A DNA stretch of 64,000 bases from Chrysomallon squamiferum (taxonomy: Eukaryota; Animalia; Mollusca), in NCBI GenBank assembly GCA_012295275.1, contig CM022677.1, positions 7,688,001 through 7,752,000 of the forward strand, written 5' to 3'. The notes under the pieces are model-generated. The model saw only the letters and a list, made by a program, of their open reading frames with translations. It made no database searches and had not been told where the DNA came from. Every line of letters starts with the position of its first letter. Position 1 is the first letter of the stretch. The translations under genes and the position numbers were made by a program. This document shows positions 15,486-30,799 of this stretch, piece after piece.

Positions 15486-18090
15486 AACTGACATGGGTTT
15501 CACATCACTGAAAATGAAACAGCAGTCAGCACCAACAACACCAGTATCACCATTAGACCTGAGACAAACTGACATCACCACACCAACCACTGAAAACTCA
15601 AACTATGTGCCAAGCAAGGAAGATATGGATCCACAGAAAAAGTTTAATCATGTGAATCTTCTTGTGAATCCAGAGTTTTGGTTGAAAGCAGCCAGACCAA
15701 GACTTAAACTGCTACAAGCTTTACCACTTAGTCAGTTTTTAAAAACTTTAAAAAATATTCAGGTAAATATGTCTGTAAATATGTCTTAGTCTATCTGTCT
15801 GTTTCTGTTTGTGTCTGCCTATTTATTTATGTTATTTCTATCTCTCTCTGCTTTTCTGTTTCCTTGAAAATGTTCAGATAAAAATGTTTGTCTTTCTGAG
15901 AATCTGTCTATATACCTATGTCTGTACGTACTATATACTTATCTGTTTGTCTGTGTGTATTTCTTTCTGAGAATCTGTCTGTATACCTATGTCTGTACTT
16001 ACTATATACTTATCTGTTTGTGTGTATTTTTTTCTGAGAATCTGTCTATATACCTATGTCTGTACTTACTATACACTTATATGTTTGTCTGTGTGTATTT
16101 CTTTCTGAGAATCTATCTATATACCTATGTCTGTACTTACTGGATACTTATCTGTTTGACTGTGTGTATTTTTTTCTGAGAATCTGTCTATATACCTATG
16201 TCTCTAATTGCTATACACTTATATGTTTGTCTGTGTGTATTTCTTTCTGAGATTCTGTCTATACCTTTGTCTGTACTTACTATATACTTATCTGTTTGTC
16301 CTTCTGTATGTCAGTCTGTGTCTTTATATATCATTTCTTATTTGTTCCTAATTAGCAAGTTTTTAGGTTTTTTTTTTTTTTTATTTCTTCTCTTTATGTT
16401 TTTAACAATTACTTTCAAATACTTGTATAATTTCTGAAGTATAACAAAGAAAGAAAATGTTGTATAATCTTTCTTTAAGTTCTCTTTTGATAATTCTGAA
16501 CATAAATAGCTTAAGAATAAGTTATTTAAATAATTTTAAATTTATTTATAGTTTTAATTCATAAAAATGCTCTTAAAACCAGTTTTAGTAGACAGTTGGT
16601 TATTTTTATTCATTTATAAATATTTCTAATCTAACTTCTGCCTATCTATCTAATGTATGTATCTAGCTATCTATCATGTATTTATTTATTAATTTTCTTA
16701 TTATTTTTAATTTATTTAAAATATAATCATACTGAATTACATTATATTGGACATTTACATTCATTATTATTAATCTTGTCATTATATTATTTAATATTAC
16801 AATCTACTGAATATAATTTAGTATTCTACATATTCATTAATTATTAACACCTTTATTTATTTTATTTTTATTTTTTTTACCTAGGTTTTAAATTTATCAG
16901 GAAACAGTTTTGGAATCCAGGCTTTCTGAGCTGTGTGTTTGGCAATGTGTTCTAACACAACAGTGATCTTCCTTAGCCTCACCACCAACAAAACAGACAC
17001 TGAGAGTGCTGTGAGTAATCTTAATTATAACTGTTATAAAATGTTTTAGAATAATAATAATAATAATAGTAATAACAATAATAATAACAATAATAATAAT
17101 AGCAATAATAATAATAATAGTAGTGGTAATAATAATAATAATAATAACAAGAAATTATTTTGTATTTATATATGTATACCTGTGAAAAACAAGTTATTCT
17201 TTTCTCTTCTTATTCATCTTCTTCTTCTTCTTCTTTTTCTTCTTATTATTATTATAACTATTATATATCTATTTACCACTGTCTGTTACTTCTATTTCTA
17301 CTGTTGTTACTTATACTATACATGTTAATTATATTATTTTTACTACCATTAATACATCTACTACTACTACTACTATTACTACTGCTACTACTACTGTGGT
17401 GGCTCCAATTATTTACTACCTCTTCTTATTGTATCTACTTGTACTATACAACCTAAGCTAATTCTACCACAGTTACAACTAGTACTAATACTACAACTAG
17501 AACAGTTACTACTAATACTACAACTATTACTACTACTAGTACTATTAATAATAAAACTATTACTTCTAATATTGTTACCACTAATGGCACAACTATGAAT
17601 TCTGCTTCTGCTGTTACCACTACTACTACTACAGCTGCTATTACTGCTACCACTGCTACTACTACAGTTACTAATACTAAAACTACTACAACTACTGCTG
17701 TGTCAACTACTACAACTAACAGTACTGCTAGTATTACTTCAACTACTACAGCTGTTGATAATATTACTACTGTTAAAACATTATGATGTCTTCACTAACT
17801 ACATTTTAATAACAAATTATTTTCTGCTTATGTAGATTCTACATATTGTAAATTATTATTATTATTATTATTATTACTATTATTATTATTATTATTATTA
17901 CTACTATTATTATTATTATTATTATTATTTGTTTTTATTACAAGCTGGGATCACTAAATCGTGTACTCAGTTTTTGTCTGCTGTTTTCAATCATCCAAGA
18001 TGACAGCTTTTCATCTGAATGATGCAAAACTTAACAACCAAACACTTACTGTTGATGGTTAATTTAGATTTGTATATTATTATATCTTAT

Positions 18091-18174
<84 letters not shown>

Positions 18175-19769
18175 ACTCCTACACATACTTTCTCTCTGTA
18201 TATTTTTTTCTTTTCCATTTTTTTTCTTTATCCATAACTAACAACCTCATTCTACTTAACACTCTCTCTTTCTTCTCTGTATTTTCTTTCTCATTCATTC
18301 TTTGTCATTCTGTTTGTGTCTGGGTTTGGATCTCAGTGTATTTGTCATCTGTTTTTGTTTCTGAGTTTCTGTCTGTCTGTGTATGCGTGTCTCTGTAAAT
18401 GTACTTGCTAGCTTTTTCTCTGTGTGTTTCAGTATGTGTTGTGGTATGTATATGAAAGAGGAATGATTTTTATTTTTTCATTTTTATCAAGATGAATCAA
18501 ACCAAAGTTCTGTTGAAAGGCTCACGTATGGCATTAATGAAGCTGATGACTCACAAAGAAACTGTCCATTGAGAAATTTACAAACTTGAAGTACATCAAT
18601 TTAAGAAAAGCAGAACTAAACTCTAGTACGTTTGGACAATTATCTTTGTTGATGTCACTGACTCAGCAAGCAACCATTACCTTAGATGAGTTGAGAATGT
18701 CTGGTACAGATGCAGTGAAAGCCATTTGTGGTCAGCAGTAGCCATTTGATACATTAAAAGTAACTGTTACTGATTTTAATTTTGTAAATGTTTTTAAATA
18801 ATTATATCTGGCTATCTATCTATCTAGATAGATAGATCTACATATCTCTTACTCTATCTCTGAGTCTCTTTCTGCCTTTTATAATTAATTTTGTAATTTT
18901 AGCTTTACATATATTTATATTCCTGAGATTGTGTGTGTGTGTGTGTCAGGAATAGTTATAATTGTCACTACTCAGACAGTAGTGTGTGTGTGTGTGTTAA
19001 GAAATATTTGGTTATCAGTTTATATGTTTAAATGCTTTGTACAAAATACTCAGGTCTGTTTTATTTAAATTTAAGATTGAAACTGACGGTGCCCTTAGTC
19101 TTTGTTTATACCACCAAGGGACACAACTCTGAGTTAAAGAGCTTGAATACTGGTGGAAACTCTTTTGCTTCCTGATTAAACTGGCAGCACTTGGAGGATA
19201 TCTTGTTAAACAGTTACAGTTATTTTTTATTTTAACATTTGTATGGTTCTTATTTATTGAAATTTGTCATCTCATTTATTTATTAATTTATTTATCTCCC
19301 TCTAGGAATGCTGGGTAATATGATGCGCTGTCCAGCCATTCTCACAGATAGAGGAAACAGTCAACTTCTGACTGCAGCCATGTTGAAATGTCATGGTGAG
19401 TGATTATATAGTATGTAGTAGTACAGTAATAACAGTTCACAGCTATATCTCTATCTGTATGTGTTGTATTCTGTGTATGAAATCATTTTTTTCAGTGATT
19501 GTGTGTATGTGTGTATGTGTGTGTGTGTGTGTGAGTTTGTGTGTGTGTGTGTGTGAATATATATATGGGCACGTGTAATTTTTGGATAAACAGTTTTAAA
19601 AAGTTATTATTATAACTACATTATTTATATTAACTTTATTTTCTTTACAAATACATACACTGGTTTTATTATATCAAATACACACACATACTTACAAATG
19701 TATTTTATTTGAATAAATCTATGTATGTACAAATAAAAGAACAAGAAAATAGTTATTAATGTAGTGTTT

Positions 19770-19810
<41 letters not shown>

Positions 19811-20416
19811 CGAAAGAGAGAGGAGCAAGAGAGCTTAATAAATATAAAATGATTAACATGAAATAACATTTCTCAATACAATACTTAACATATATCTCAG
19901 CTTTTGTATCCAGTTTTAATATCAACTTTTACATTAATTTCTAAAACTTTCCTTTCTTTTTAATGTAAAGAACAATATATTCCTTCTCACATATAAACAG
20001 TTGTTAAAATCACACTTTCACTGCAGTTAGCTGATCATTGTGCAAGGGCTGTGTATACATTCAACCTGTCTGGCAATGCAAGTATTCAGAAACCAGAACC
20101 TCTCTTTGACATGGAGGCAGACTGCACTGTAGAGGAAGTAGTTCTTATGAAGGTGAAGATATTTTTGTCTACATTTTTCTTTTTTAATTATTAATTTTTA
20201 TTTAATTAAATGTCTATCTTAATGAGATTAATTCTATTGCTTGTTCTTGGTTGTTGTTTCTTTTATAATTCTTGATTGTTAATAAATTAAAGAGGCAAGC
20301 TATTATTTTTGTATAATCTTTTCTTCTTCTTTTTGATTTGTTAGTAATATTATTTTGTGTTATTATAATACTGTACTTTTTTTATTGTTAATATGAATAT
20401 TATTTTAACATAGTTA

Positions 20417-20454
<38 letters not shown>

Positions 20455-20686
20455 TTATATATTATTTTATTTGTCTTAATACTACTACTATTAATATTAC
20501 TATTACTGTTAATATTATCATTATTAATCTTATTGTATTACTGCTATTACTACTACTACTATCACTACTACTACTGCTTGAATTTTCCAGGATCCAGTTA
20601 GTCATTCAAACAGAGGAATAGCATGGATACTGATGTCTGATTCTGTATCTGTAGACAAGGCTATAGATTACTACAACAGAGTAGAG
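15486..20686 (+). pseudogene. Multi-exon pseudogene of an RI-like leucine-rich-repeat protein with a C-terminal RRM
   Basis: AG/GT-bounded exons at 15486-15762, 16885-17010, ~17945-18057, ~18492-18759, ~19076-19204, 19306-19395, 20027-20152 and 20591-20686. LRR-like segments: LKNIQ|VLNLSGNSFGIQAF*AVCLAMCSNTTVIFLSL, NLKYINLRKAEL, ELKSLNTGGNSF. RRM-like segment: VYTFNL...VEEVVLMK|DPVSHSNRGIAWILMSDSVSVDKAIDYYN. Lesions: TGA at 16927-16929 and frameshifts in exons 3-5. Confidence 0.7.
15893..16298. repeat. 71-bp minisatellite, ~5.7 copies, intronic
   Basis: TTTCTGAGA starts at 15893, 15964, 16031, 16102, 16173 and 16244 (spacings 71, 67, 71, 71, 71). Confidence 0.95.
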
Positions 20687-21916
20687 GTATTCCATTTAAA
20701 TCATCAGTGTTTGATTAATTATATATAAATGTGATTTGATTTACCTACTACTCTCAGTCTGTCAGTCTCTCGCTCTTTCTGTGTATGTGTGCGTGTGTGT
20801 GCATGTGTGTGTGTGTGTGTGTGTGTTATTGTTACATCTGCTAGTCTATTAACTGTATATCTATTTACCAGTGTAAGTCTACAACAACCTGTCTGTCTGT
20901 CTGTCTGTCTGTTGATCTACATCATCAACCTACCTATCTACCCAATATTTTTTCTCTCTCTCTCTTCCTGACAGTAGTAGTAATAGAAGAAAAGATAATT
21001 TTTTTACTTCCAGACAAAGCGTTATATGTATTTTAGGAAATATACCTTTTCTAAGCAGAAGAACGTGATTTTATATAATTACAACACAGACTGTGTTTTT
21101 AATTACATTTTTCTGGTGATTAATATTTAACCAGAATATTTTAAGAAATGTGGTACTTGTTCGTCCTATGCAACGGCGAATGTTTTGTGAAGAAACGTTT
21201 GGGTGAAACTTGTGAAGACAAGTCTGGCTGTGCAGATGTGTAGCTGATTGTCTGGATAACACGTGATTCAGTAAAAATTCTGCTGTCCAGTTTTCTTCTT
21301 CCAAAAGTCACGTCATGATACAAATCGTATTTGAGTATTTACTGAAACAGTACAGTATAGTTTTCTATGGACAAATTGCTGGACGGAATTTACCTTCTAC
21401 AAATTAACAAGATTTCAGTTTTATAAACTGAGATCCAACCTAAAGTAGCTTGAAATATTATGAATACCTCTATTTACACTGATTATCTTTAACTGAAATA
21501 AATAAATAAATAAATAAATATAATTTTAATTTTAATACCGACTGCACAATCTATATAATGGATGTTGGATATTAATATATGAATCATTATATATGTATTT
21601 GAGACGGCGCTATTTTCACTAAGTATGAATAAACGTCGCAGGTTTTATATATAAAATGTGAATTACGTCGCGTTTCACAAAACAGAAAACTTCGCTAATC
21701 TCTGTGAATTTTAATTTTAATGTCGTTTGCTTTGCAAACTCAAATTTTGTGATTCAAGGAAAGTATAACTTCTCACGTGTTCAGTATTAATTTTTTTAAT
21801 TTTTTTTTTTGTTGAGAAGAAATTGTAATTCAGTTTAACAGAAAAATATTTCACAACAGAGGGCTTCCCCTGTATATCTAATCATTAAGTTATTTATTCC
21901 TGAATTTAGAAGTCCA

Positions 21917-23404
21917 GCGCTGAATGCCACTATAAAATAAAAGGTCAGATCCATATAAATGTGATATTTGATTAACAGCAGAACAGATTACATTAATTCA
22001 CGTTAATACATCAAACCAGCGACGTTTATATTATAAATTTATACTGAGTGAAAATAACGTGATGTTTTATTATATTTTCCTCTATTTTGCTTCATAAAAA
22101 ATACTGATAATTTCACGTCCATTTTATTCTACGAGGAGTCATCAATGACAGACTGTTTATCCTCTGACAACTGATTTGTAATAATAAAATATTCTAATTT
22201 TACCTACACATTTACATTTATTACTCATTATACAGCTATATACGATGTTTCGTTATCAGCGATTTTCTGTGGTGTGCAGTGACGTACACCGAGAACACCA
22301 CAAACAGAAGAAAGAAAGAAACTATAGCTGAAGGGAGATTACTCTCATATAATGTTTTATTTCGGCGGGAGGCGGGATTTCTACTTTTGTTTGTTATTTA
22401 TAGTTTTCTCAGTTAAATGTAGATTGTAAGAATCACGAAGAGTTGACTTCTTTATATATACAGGTAATGGTAGAATATTACTTTCTTGAAATGTTTTTTG
22501 CTTCTTTTTTTTATTCTTTATATACTTTGGAGTACATGTTTGTAATTTGTACAATATTTCGTCGTCTGCTTTATGGAAAGTTTTCAAGGGCAGATAATCT
22601 TGTCACAAGACTCGAGTAATTTTTATTTTTTTGAGAAATTTAGCTGAATTTTTATTGATCAATCAAGAGAGTAATCAGTTATATTTTGCTTTACATTTAA
22701 ATTAATATATAATTTTATTAAGCAGCTATGTAATAGTATTTTAAAAAATATAATTAACTTTTAAAATATATAACTTATAACTATACAATGACCAAAAAAA
22801 AAAAAAAAAAAGAAAAACGGAGATTAAAATTACACCAAAATATCAGTGATATGATTGATGTGAAGGAAGTAATAGAAACACATAGCAAAACAGAAACACA
22901 ACTGAGGAAAACCCTTTCAAGGAAGGAAATTAAGATTACAAAAATGAGTTAACCTTTGCAGCAGCATAGAGACAGCTTTACATAAGATTTAGGTAAATTG
23001 ATAAATGTCTTCTTATAGTTGAATAATCTGCAAGTCTTTGAATCAATCAGTGTAAAAGAGAGAAAACAGATTACAATACTGCATAAAAAATTACAATGCC
23101 TCCACTTAATTTCATAATAAAATGTTTTTCTTTTTTCTGTTTTAGAAGATCTCACTCTGTTGAAGACATAAGTCAACATGACAGATCTGAGTTGTATCCA
23201 GGTCGAGCGCTGAATGCCACTATAAACTAAAAGGTCAGATCCATATAAATGTGATATTTGATTAATAGCAGAACAGACTACATTACTTCACGTTAATACA
23301 TAAATCCAGCGACATTTATATTATAAATTGATACTGAGTGAAAATAACGTGATGTTTTATTATATTTTCCTCTATTTTGCTTCATAAAAAATACTGATAA
23401 TTTC
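21917..23404. repeat. Pair of ~200-bp direct repeats (21917-22115 and 23207-23404); further copies at ~59198-59343 and ~63504-63648
   Basis: GCGCTGAATGCCACTATAAA...CCAGCGAC(G/A)TTTATATTATAAATT...AAATACTGATAATTTCA is repeated 1290 bp apart. Confidence 0.9.
22200..22615. repeat. Dispersed ~420-bp repeat with an inverted copy at ~40505-40970
   Basis: CCTACACATTTACAT..., GATTTTCTGTGGTGTGCA, TAGCTGAAGGGAGATTACTCTCATATAAT and TTTCAAGGGCAGATAATC...TTGTCACAAGA occur as reverse complements in mirrored order at 40.5-41.0 kb. Confidence 0.85.
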
Positions 23405-26400
23405 AGCCATGGATTTCTATTTAAAAATGACGAAATAATTTCCAACTAAAGGTTTGCAGTGACGTAGAAAGATCGGCGGGAAATATAAATATGTCTACTA
23501 TCTTGAGAAAAGATCAAACCCAGCTTTAGGCCTATAATTCCCATAAATATTTGTAACTACCATCAATGTTTTTAGACATGTATATGCATCATGATCGTAA
23601 TATCTGTATGGCAAATCAGTTTAATGTTCATTGTGAACCGTAGACAAAGAATGGGAAATAGTGAATGAAAAATGGGCTATAGATATAGAGATTTCAGCAG
23701 TTGTTATCTACACAAAAATATACACAGAGACACTGTTTACATAGTATCCCTTTTTTTTTGTATCTATAAATAAAAGTGTAACCTCTCAAAACATGTCTTG
23801 ACAAAAACACTACTGCACTGGCTGCTACACATCATATTTTGTATAACAAGAATGTATGTCGCCAAATATAACAATATCGTTATTAAATCTGCTTTTTTTT
23901 TTCTATCAAAGACATTGTATGGAATGTTCTGTTACGGTTTTTTCCTTCACAAAAGTTAAATTTTTATTATTATTATTATTATTATTTATTATTATTATAT
24001 ACATACTAGTGTTAACATAGGCCAACTAGATGAACATTATTAATTAATTAATGTATTTATTTATAATGATTATTATTATTATTATTATTATTATTATTTT
24101 TAAATAAATCATGTAGACTGTCTAAAACCTTTTCATGAGGATGCTAATGATTTACCTTTTATTTTTTTATTTTGCCTTGAAAGTGAACACCTTCCAATAT
24201 TTCTTATGTTTAATGTATTTATTTTTAATGCAGGAAAATTTGAAATTCGCTATGACGTCTAACCTGAACAGAAGTGTAAACAAATGTAAAGAAAGCTAAC
24301 AAAGGGTTGAGAAATGGAAAAATGATGAGTTAATTTTACTTGAATTATTTCAGTAGCTGTTTTCATTTGTCACCAGTAATCTATGTTTAATTACAACGGG
24401 AAGGTCTACGTTGTTCAAGGCCACCGAGAGACGTCCTGTCCGTCTCTTTACAATAATCTCTTACGTCTACAAATCGTGCTGGGATGGGTATTGAAATTAT
24501 TTCTTAATTTTACTACACTGTATAAAAATTATCATATAAATCATATTTATTTTTAATCTTTGCTGAATTTACCTATCGATAACAAAATAAGACGCAAGTT
24601 TTATAACGTCTGTATTATTGATATGAGAAATTAAAATTACATTAATTAGAAATTATCAGTTATATTATTGAATAAACATGGAATTTCATTCTAGATTAAT
24701 TTATTTTCTCAATGTTTTAAACAAATAATCTGATATATTCTTAATTACATAATTTGGTAAATTTGAATTTTAGATTAATCATGTAATTTCATGTAGTGAG
24801 AGATGTAAATTGTGTCGCGGAATGTCATGTTACTGCTGTCATAAAACAAAGTATCACACTATGACACTGAAAGGTGCACAGTTAATTTTCAGTAATATCA
24901 ATACAATAATAAATACATTATTCATGTAGCACTTCACGCGTTTCTGTGTAATTTGATTATTGATAATAAAATAACTTAATATTAAAAATCATAACTGTTC
25001 AGTATACGATAAGGACATTAATCTGGAAAAAAAAAAATAAGCAAACAAAGTGCAGAGGTGTTTTTTAATCTACTGTGTTAATATTACATTTTCAATTTTA
25101 CTATCAGTATATTGACTTGTGTACCTAACAACATTACTGACAAAATATTTTTTTATTTATATATTTTTTTTTTTTTGTTACTGTACACTAATTGTACAAT
25201 AATAAAAATAAAATTTTAACAACATCAGCATAATTTTAATATTAATGGTAATGTCTAAAGAAGATATTCATATTTAGATGTGAAGAGGTGATACTAAACT
25301 TCTATCTTACGTTAACTTTACAAAATTATTCAAAATATGAAATGTTAATGTCGTTTATAATAAAATATTTACCTTTTCTGACGCCCAGATTTGTTTTTGA
25401 TCAGAGGACTGGAAAATTTCAGTTTTGTCGTATAAACGGCCGAAATGTTAGCTGAGGGCGTTTTTCAGGTTTCTGAATAAAAACCAAACATTAATTCTAA
25501 AACAAGGGTTCTTTTTAATTGTAAAGTGCCTTTTGTAAACTGCGAATTTGGCTCACCTGGTCTTTGAGACTGAAATCTGGGTGACTTTCTAGAATCTTCC
25601 ACATTATTTTAGCTGAAAAACTAAAAATCCAAAGATCCCTGTAAAACCAGGAAACAAAAATTATTTAAATATTTTCACATGAGCAAGTCCTTGATTGTCA
25701 TCTTAAATTTTGTTATAAACAAACATGTTAATAAAGTTATAACAGAATACTGTTATGAACTAGCTCTATCTCTGTACTTAATAACTTAACATGTTAATAA
25801 TGAAGTATAATACTATAGTGTTATTAACTGTTTATACTATGTACTTCATAAATAATACAGAACAATATATTGGGACACTTCTGTTAAGAATATTTTACAA
25901 CAACACTGGTTTAAGTAAATTTCAAACTACTGACACTGGTAATAAAATAGTCTTTATTTAAATGTTCAAACTAATTCAAATAGTAAAATTGTTCTAATTA
26001 CATTACCCAGTAGTATTTGCTGATATAGGTAGGAGTGTTGACATCAGCATCACACAACAACACCATTGTAAAATCTTGGATACTGAAAATTCTGTAATAG
26101 TAAATATTAGTTATTTTGTTCTTGATGTAAAATGATGTGATGGCAAGCTGACATCAGTATTTCTAAATTATTAATAAAAATATTTTTATCTTTATTTTAT
26201 TTTATTTTTTTTTTTACTAAAATATACAGAAACATTAAGATATGTGTACATTTCCTGATTCCTAAATAAAACATAATTTAACTAAATGTTTTTTCTTGAT
26301 ACAATGTCAGGACAATCTATAGAATAAAATATTATAAAATACAGAATCATTAATTTTAAGCTATTACAAAGATTTAAACTTATGATGTTTAGCATGTTTA

Positions 26401-26657
26401 ATTAATCATATCACATTGTTTAATAATGTAAAAAGTCTGAGATCAAAATAACAATTAAAATTACTATTATAATTTCATTTTAAACAATTATTCATGAAGA
26501 AATTATTTATTTTATTTTTATTTAATTTGGATAATTAAACCAATATAACTTCACATTACCTTGTTGAATAAATTGATATTACATGTTAACCTCAATAGGG
26601 CCTTCCACACTTTCTGATCTCTAGAACACCATAAATCAATCCTGAAATTAAGATTTA

Positions 26658-26704
<47 letters not shown>

Positions 26705-27299
26705 CAACAAATATATGTGTCTGTCAAAATATAAATCAAATACTGACAGTAAAATGTGAAATTAAAATGATGGTAATAATAAACTGCATGTCTCATTGTG
26801 AAAAGTATCAAAGACTCAGTCTATAAGCAAATCTTTCTGGAATTTTCACTAATAGAAATACTAATAATATATTTTAATTATCACTGAAAGTGAGTCTAAG
26901 AATTAACAGAAATAAATAAAAGTACACAAATAACATCAGGAAGAACACAGATGTGACGCAACGATGGCGACGTTAACAGAAATAGAACAACATATTTTGA
27001 AATAGCAGGTGCACACTAAGAACGCAAGATTAATATTAATAACAAGTGAAAAAGAATAATGAAAAGTGAACCTTAAGAAAAACAGAGATACAATAGCAAT
27101 GACAGCGACATTAACAGAAATAGTAATACTATACTTTAATGTGGACACTAAGTAAGTAAGAATAATAGTTATTAAAATGCTCAAAATAATAAAGACATTA
27201 ATTCTAATAAGAGTAATATATTTGTATATAGGATGTGCACACTAAGAAAGCAATGATGGCGACATTAACTGAAATGTGTATTAAAAGGGTAAGATAAAA

Positions 27300-27650
27300 T
27301 GTATAATGATTGTGAAAATTAATCTGAACAATCTGCACATTTTTCTTCAAAAATCCAGTTTCATTCACAGAAACTGAAATCTTATAATGTAAAATGAATA
27401 TTAAAAAACATGCATTTTTCACACAGAAACAAAATGATATGTAGATATACAGAAATATATACTGATAAATAAAAAATGAAGGATATTTGAAGGAAGGTTA
27501 TGTAGACAGGTAAGCATGGAAATGGTTAGATGATTGATAGATGTTCACTGTAATAGGATTGTAAAGTGAAATATAATTTATATATACAAGAAAAATAGAT
27601 AAGATAGGTAGTTATGTAGGTAGGTCATATAGGGCATTTGATATGGAGAG

Positions 27651-27741
<91 letters not shown>

Positions 27742-28856
27742 TTGTATGTATTATAAATGGACAGACAAACAGAAAGATACATATGGATTTTGAAAGTTGT
27801 TATACATGCAGGAGGCGAGTGAGACAGAAAGACTCAGAGGTAGAGAGAGTTTGATACTGATAAAATCTTAGACAGGCTGACAGATTGTTTGTAGACAGAT
27901 AAATAGACTGATAGAAAGAAACAAAGATAAATAGAAAGCCACAGAGGAGCATACTGATATAGAAATACAGAGACAAACTGATTAAGAGACATGGTAGATG
28001 TAAGCAACTGTATAATGGTAACGTGGGGTATATTATAAAGTTTTGTGTGTTTTCTCTGTGTTTTTGAGAGTGCATATGTATTGTAGATAGATACATAGGT
28101 AGACAGAGAGACAGAAAGATAGAAAGATATATGTTAATGTAAAAGATTTAGTGTGTAAACATGTATGGCTCTGTAATATTACGTGTCTGTGTGTAAGAGA
28201 AAATGTGGATACATAGGATACTGCTAATTTTTCCAATTTTGAATACAGTGGCATTAATTTGAAAGCCCTTTCTATATATAGATAGAAAGACAGGAGATCA
28301 GATTATAGACAGAAGTGTATGTATTTCAGAGTATTTTTGAAAAACATTTGTTTATTTTTAGAAAGAATGGGTGTTTTATACAAAGAACACTCCTTTTTGA
28401 ACCTGCATGTATTCTCTGTCTTGCTCACAAGAAGAAATACTCTTTCTTACATATGCACTCCAGCTTTCACATTTGCAGACATAGCTTACCTAACAAATAT
28501 ATATATATATATAAACACATTTTCATTCACACATCACCTCTCTCTAACCCTCCCAAAAATAAATACTCAGTATATTCTTACACATGCCTGTCTCTAAGTA
28601 AATCCACCCACAATTCTATATCTAATCTATATAAAATAAATAAACAGCACAAACACAATCTTGTTCACATTTATTTATTGACCATCCTTTCTCTGTTTAA
28701 TAAAGATATATATATATGCACCTATCTCACATATCTATCTCTCATCTGTCAATTTTATCTATCTCTATCTCTGTATCTATATACAGATATATAATTATCT
28801 CTATTAATCTATGTCATTCACTGGAAAATCATACAGGGCATACTTCTCAGTGTCAT
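27300..28856 (-). repeat. Right arm of inverted segmental duplication (partner 12680-14232)
   Basis: Reverse complement of the left arm with scattered substitutions and some indels, including the (GA)n tract. Confidence 0.9.
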
Positions 28857-28859
28857 ATA

Positions 28860-30202
28860 AAGAGGTCAAACCTGTTCTCTCTCTGTAACACACAAAAACA
28901 TACAACCACACCTACATATCAGTCTCTCTCAGTCTAGCTATCTATATCTAGACTTTCTTTTTAACAGATATACTCAAATATAAACATACTCTCACTGACA
29001 CATTCATTTATATACCAATCCTCTAAATACATAACAGTATATTCATACACATATATTCATGATTATATGCATATATTTATATAGTTTGTAAATATCCATC
29101 TATCAATATCTATACTCTATGACACACATATACATACATAATCCAAAATTCAATCACTCATCTCTCTATCAGTCATCTGACTCTCTCAAAAATCCACAAA
29201 AAGAACCCCATCTTTCACACACATTTATATACCCATTCGTTTTAACACACAAACACATAATTATGCTCATATTTATAAAGACTCATACATATACACATCA
29301 GTTTGCCTATCTAGCTATCACTGATCTATCTATCTATATAATAGTTTTTACTTAGCTCACTAGGCATCATCTAACAATCCATCTATCTATTTCTCTATCA
29401 ATCTATCTGACTTGACTCTCTCAAAATTAGTCACACACATGGACACACACACACATAAACACATACATACACATCAAGACCTACACACTTACCTATCCAC
29501 CTCTTTCTATCTGTCTTTGTATCTTTATTCAAATATGTCTGTCTATCTATCTGTCTACCTACCTACCTAGCTACCTATCTATCTATCAGTCTGTCTATCT
29601 ATTTATCAATATATGTATTCATTTTTCTATTTATCCCACATACATAAGCAAAACTCTAACAACAGACTCAGTCTTTCTTACACTGTGCCTTCTTGCATCT
29701 ATCTATCTTTCTAGGAATCTACCTTTCTTCATGTCTATCAAGCTACCTTTCTTGTGCCCATTTTACATTTTACCCTAAATCCACCCTGTTTTACACCCAT
29801 ATATATGTAGTTACTCATCCTTTAATATAGACATCACTTCCTAAACACACAAATACATTATCATTCCTATACATGTGTCAGTGTTTGTATGAGTGTACAC
29901 ACACATTCTTTAATGCATTTGTCTATGTCTGTCAGTCTCTCTACAAATCAGTCTACTGAACTACCTTCCTATCAGTTTATCTCTCTAGCTTATATGTCTA
30001 TTTTTCAGTAAACATCTGTATATCTAACTACATACTACTTCAAACCTCTGAATCTTTCCATATATCTATCTTATATAATCTATTTGTATTTATCTCTGTA
30101 TATCTGTCTATATAACTTGTGTATTTATCTCTGGATATCTATCTTTATGTTATCAGTTTATCTATATAGATATTCCCTGCTCCAACTGATTCATACTTAC
30201 AC

Positions 30203-30257
<55 letters not shown>

Positions 30258-30770
30258 GTCTTCCACATTACCATCCATACTTCCCTACACCAATCTGTCT
30301 GTCTGCTGCATAATGATCTACATATATCTACATATCAACCTACTGAACTACTGATCTACATAACTATTTGTTTATCTAACCACATTATGACAGATCAATA
30401 ACCATCCATCAATCTAATTCCCTGTCAAACTACCTACATACATAACTAACTATGCCTGCATTACAACCTGTATGATTTATGTATACATCTGTATATCTAT
30501 ACTCTCAGCCTGGCACACAAACACAACACATGACAGAAAGAAGAAAACACAGAATAGATAAATAGATATTGTCATGTTTGTCTATCTGCCTAAATTCATC
30601 TACATCTATCAATTCACTTGTTAACTTCTACTGATCTAACTGTCTATTAGTTTATCAGTATCTCTCTCTTTCTTTCTGTTTATCTTCCTGTTTATCTCTT
30701 TACCTGTTAACTTCCCATCAGACAGTCAGTCTCATATCTCTGTCAATCATCTCTCCATTCCTTTAAATCA
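28860..30770. repeat. Degenerate TCTA/TCTG/CA-rich low-complexity tract
   Basis: Strong C-over-G skew, with recurring TATCTATC, CTGTCT and ACACAC motifs and a (TA)n run at ~30206-30254. Confidence 0.75.
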
Positions 30771-30799
30771 CTTATGGTTGCTCTAAACTTGCTAATATT

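Noticed and set aside
15893-16298. CRISPR-like array
   Set aside because: The units are similar along their whole length with no unique spacers, lie in a eukaryotic intron, and have no cas genes nearby. It is a minisatellite.
17160-17786. Mucin-like or transmembrane ORFs (poly-T/L/V)
   Set aside because: These are translations of an intronic degenerate (ACT)n tract.
21917-23404. LTR pair of a small retroelement (TRIM)
   Set aside because: No TG...CA ends, TSD, primer-binding site or polypurine tract could be seen, and partial copies occur elsewhere.
28033-28937. 159-aa and neighbouring ORFs conserved between two loci
   Set aside because: The similarity comes from the inverted duplication. 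The frames differ between copies and the composition is low-complexity.
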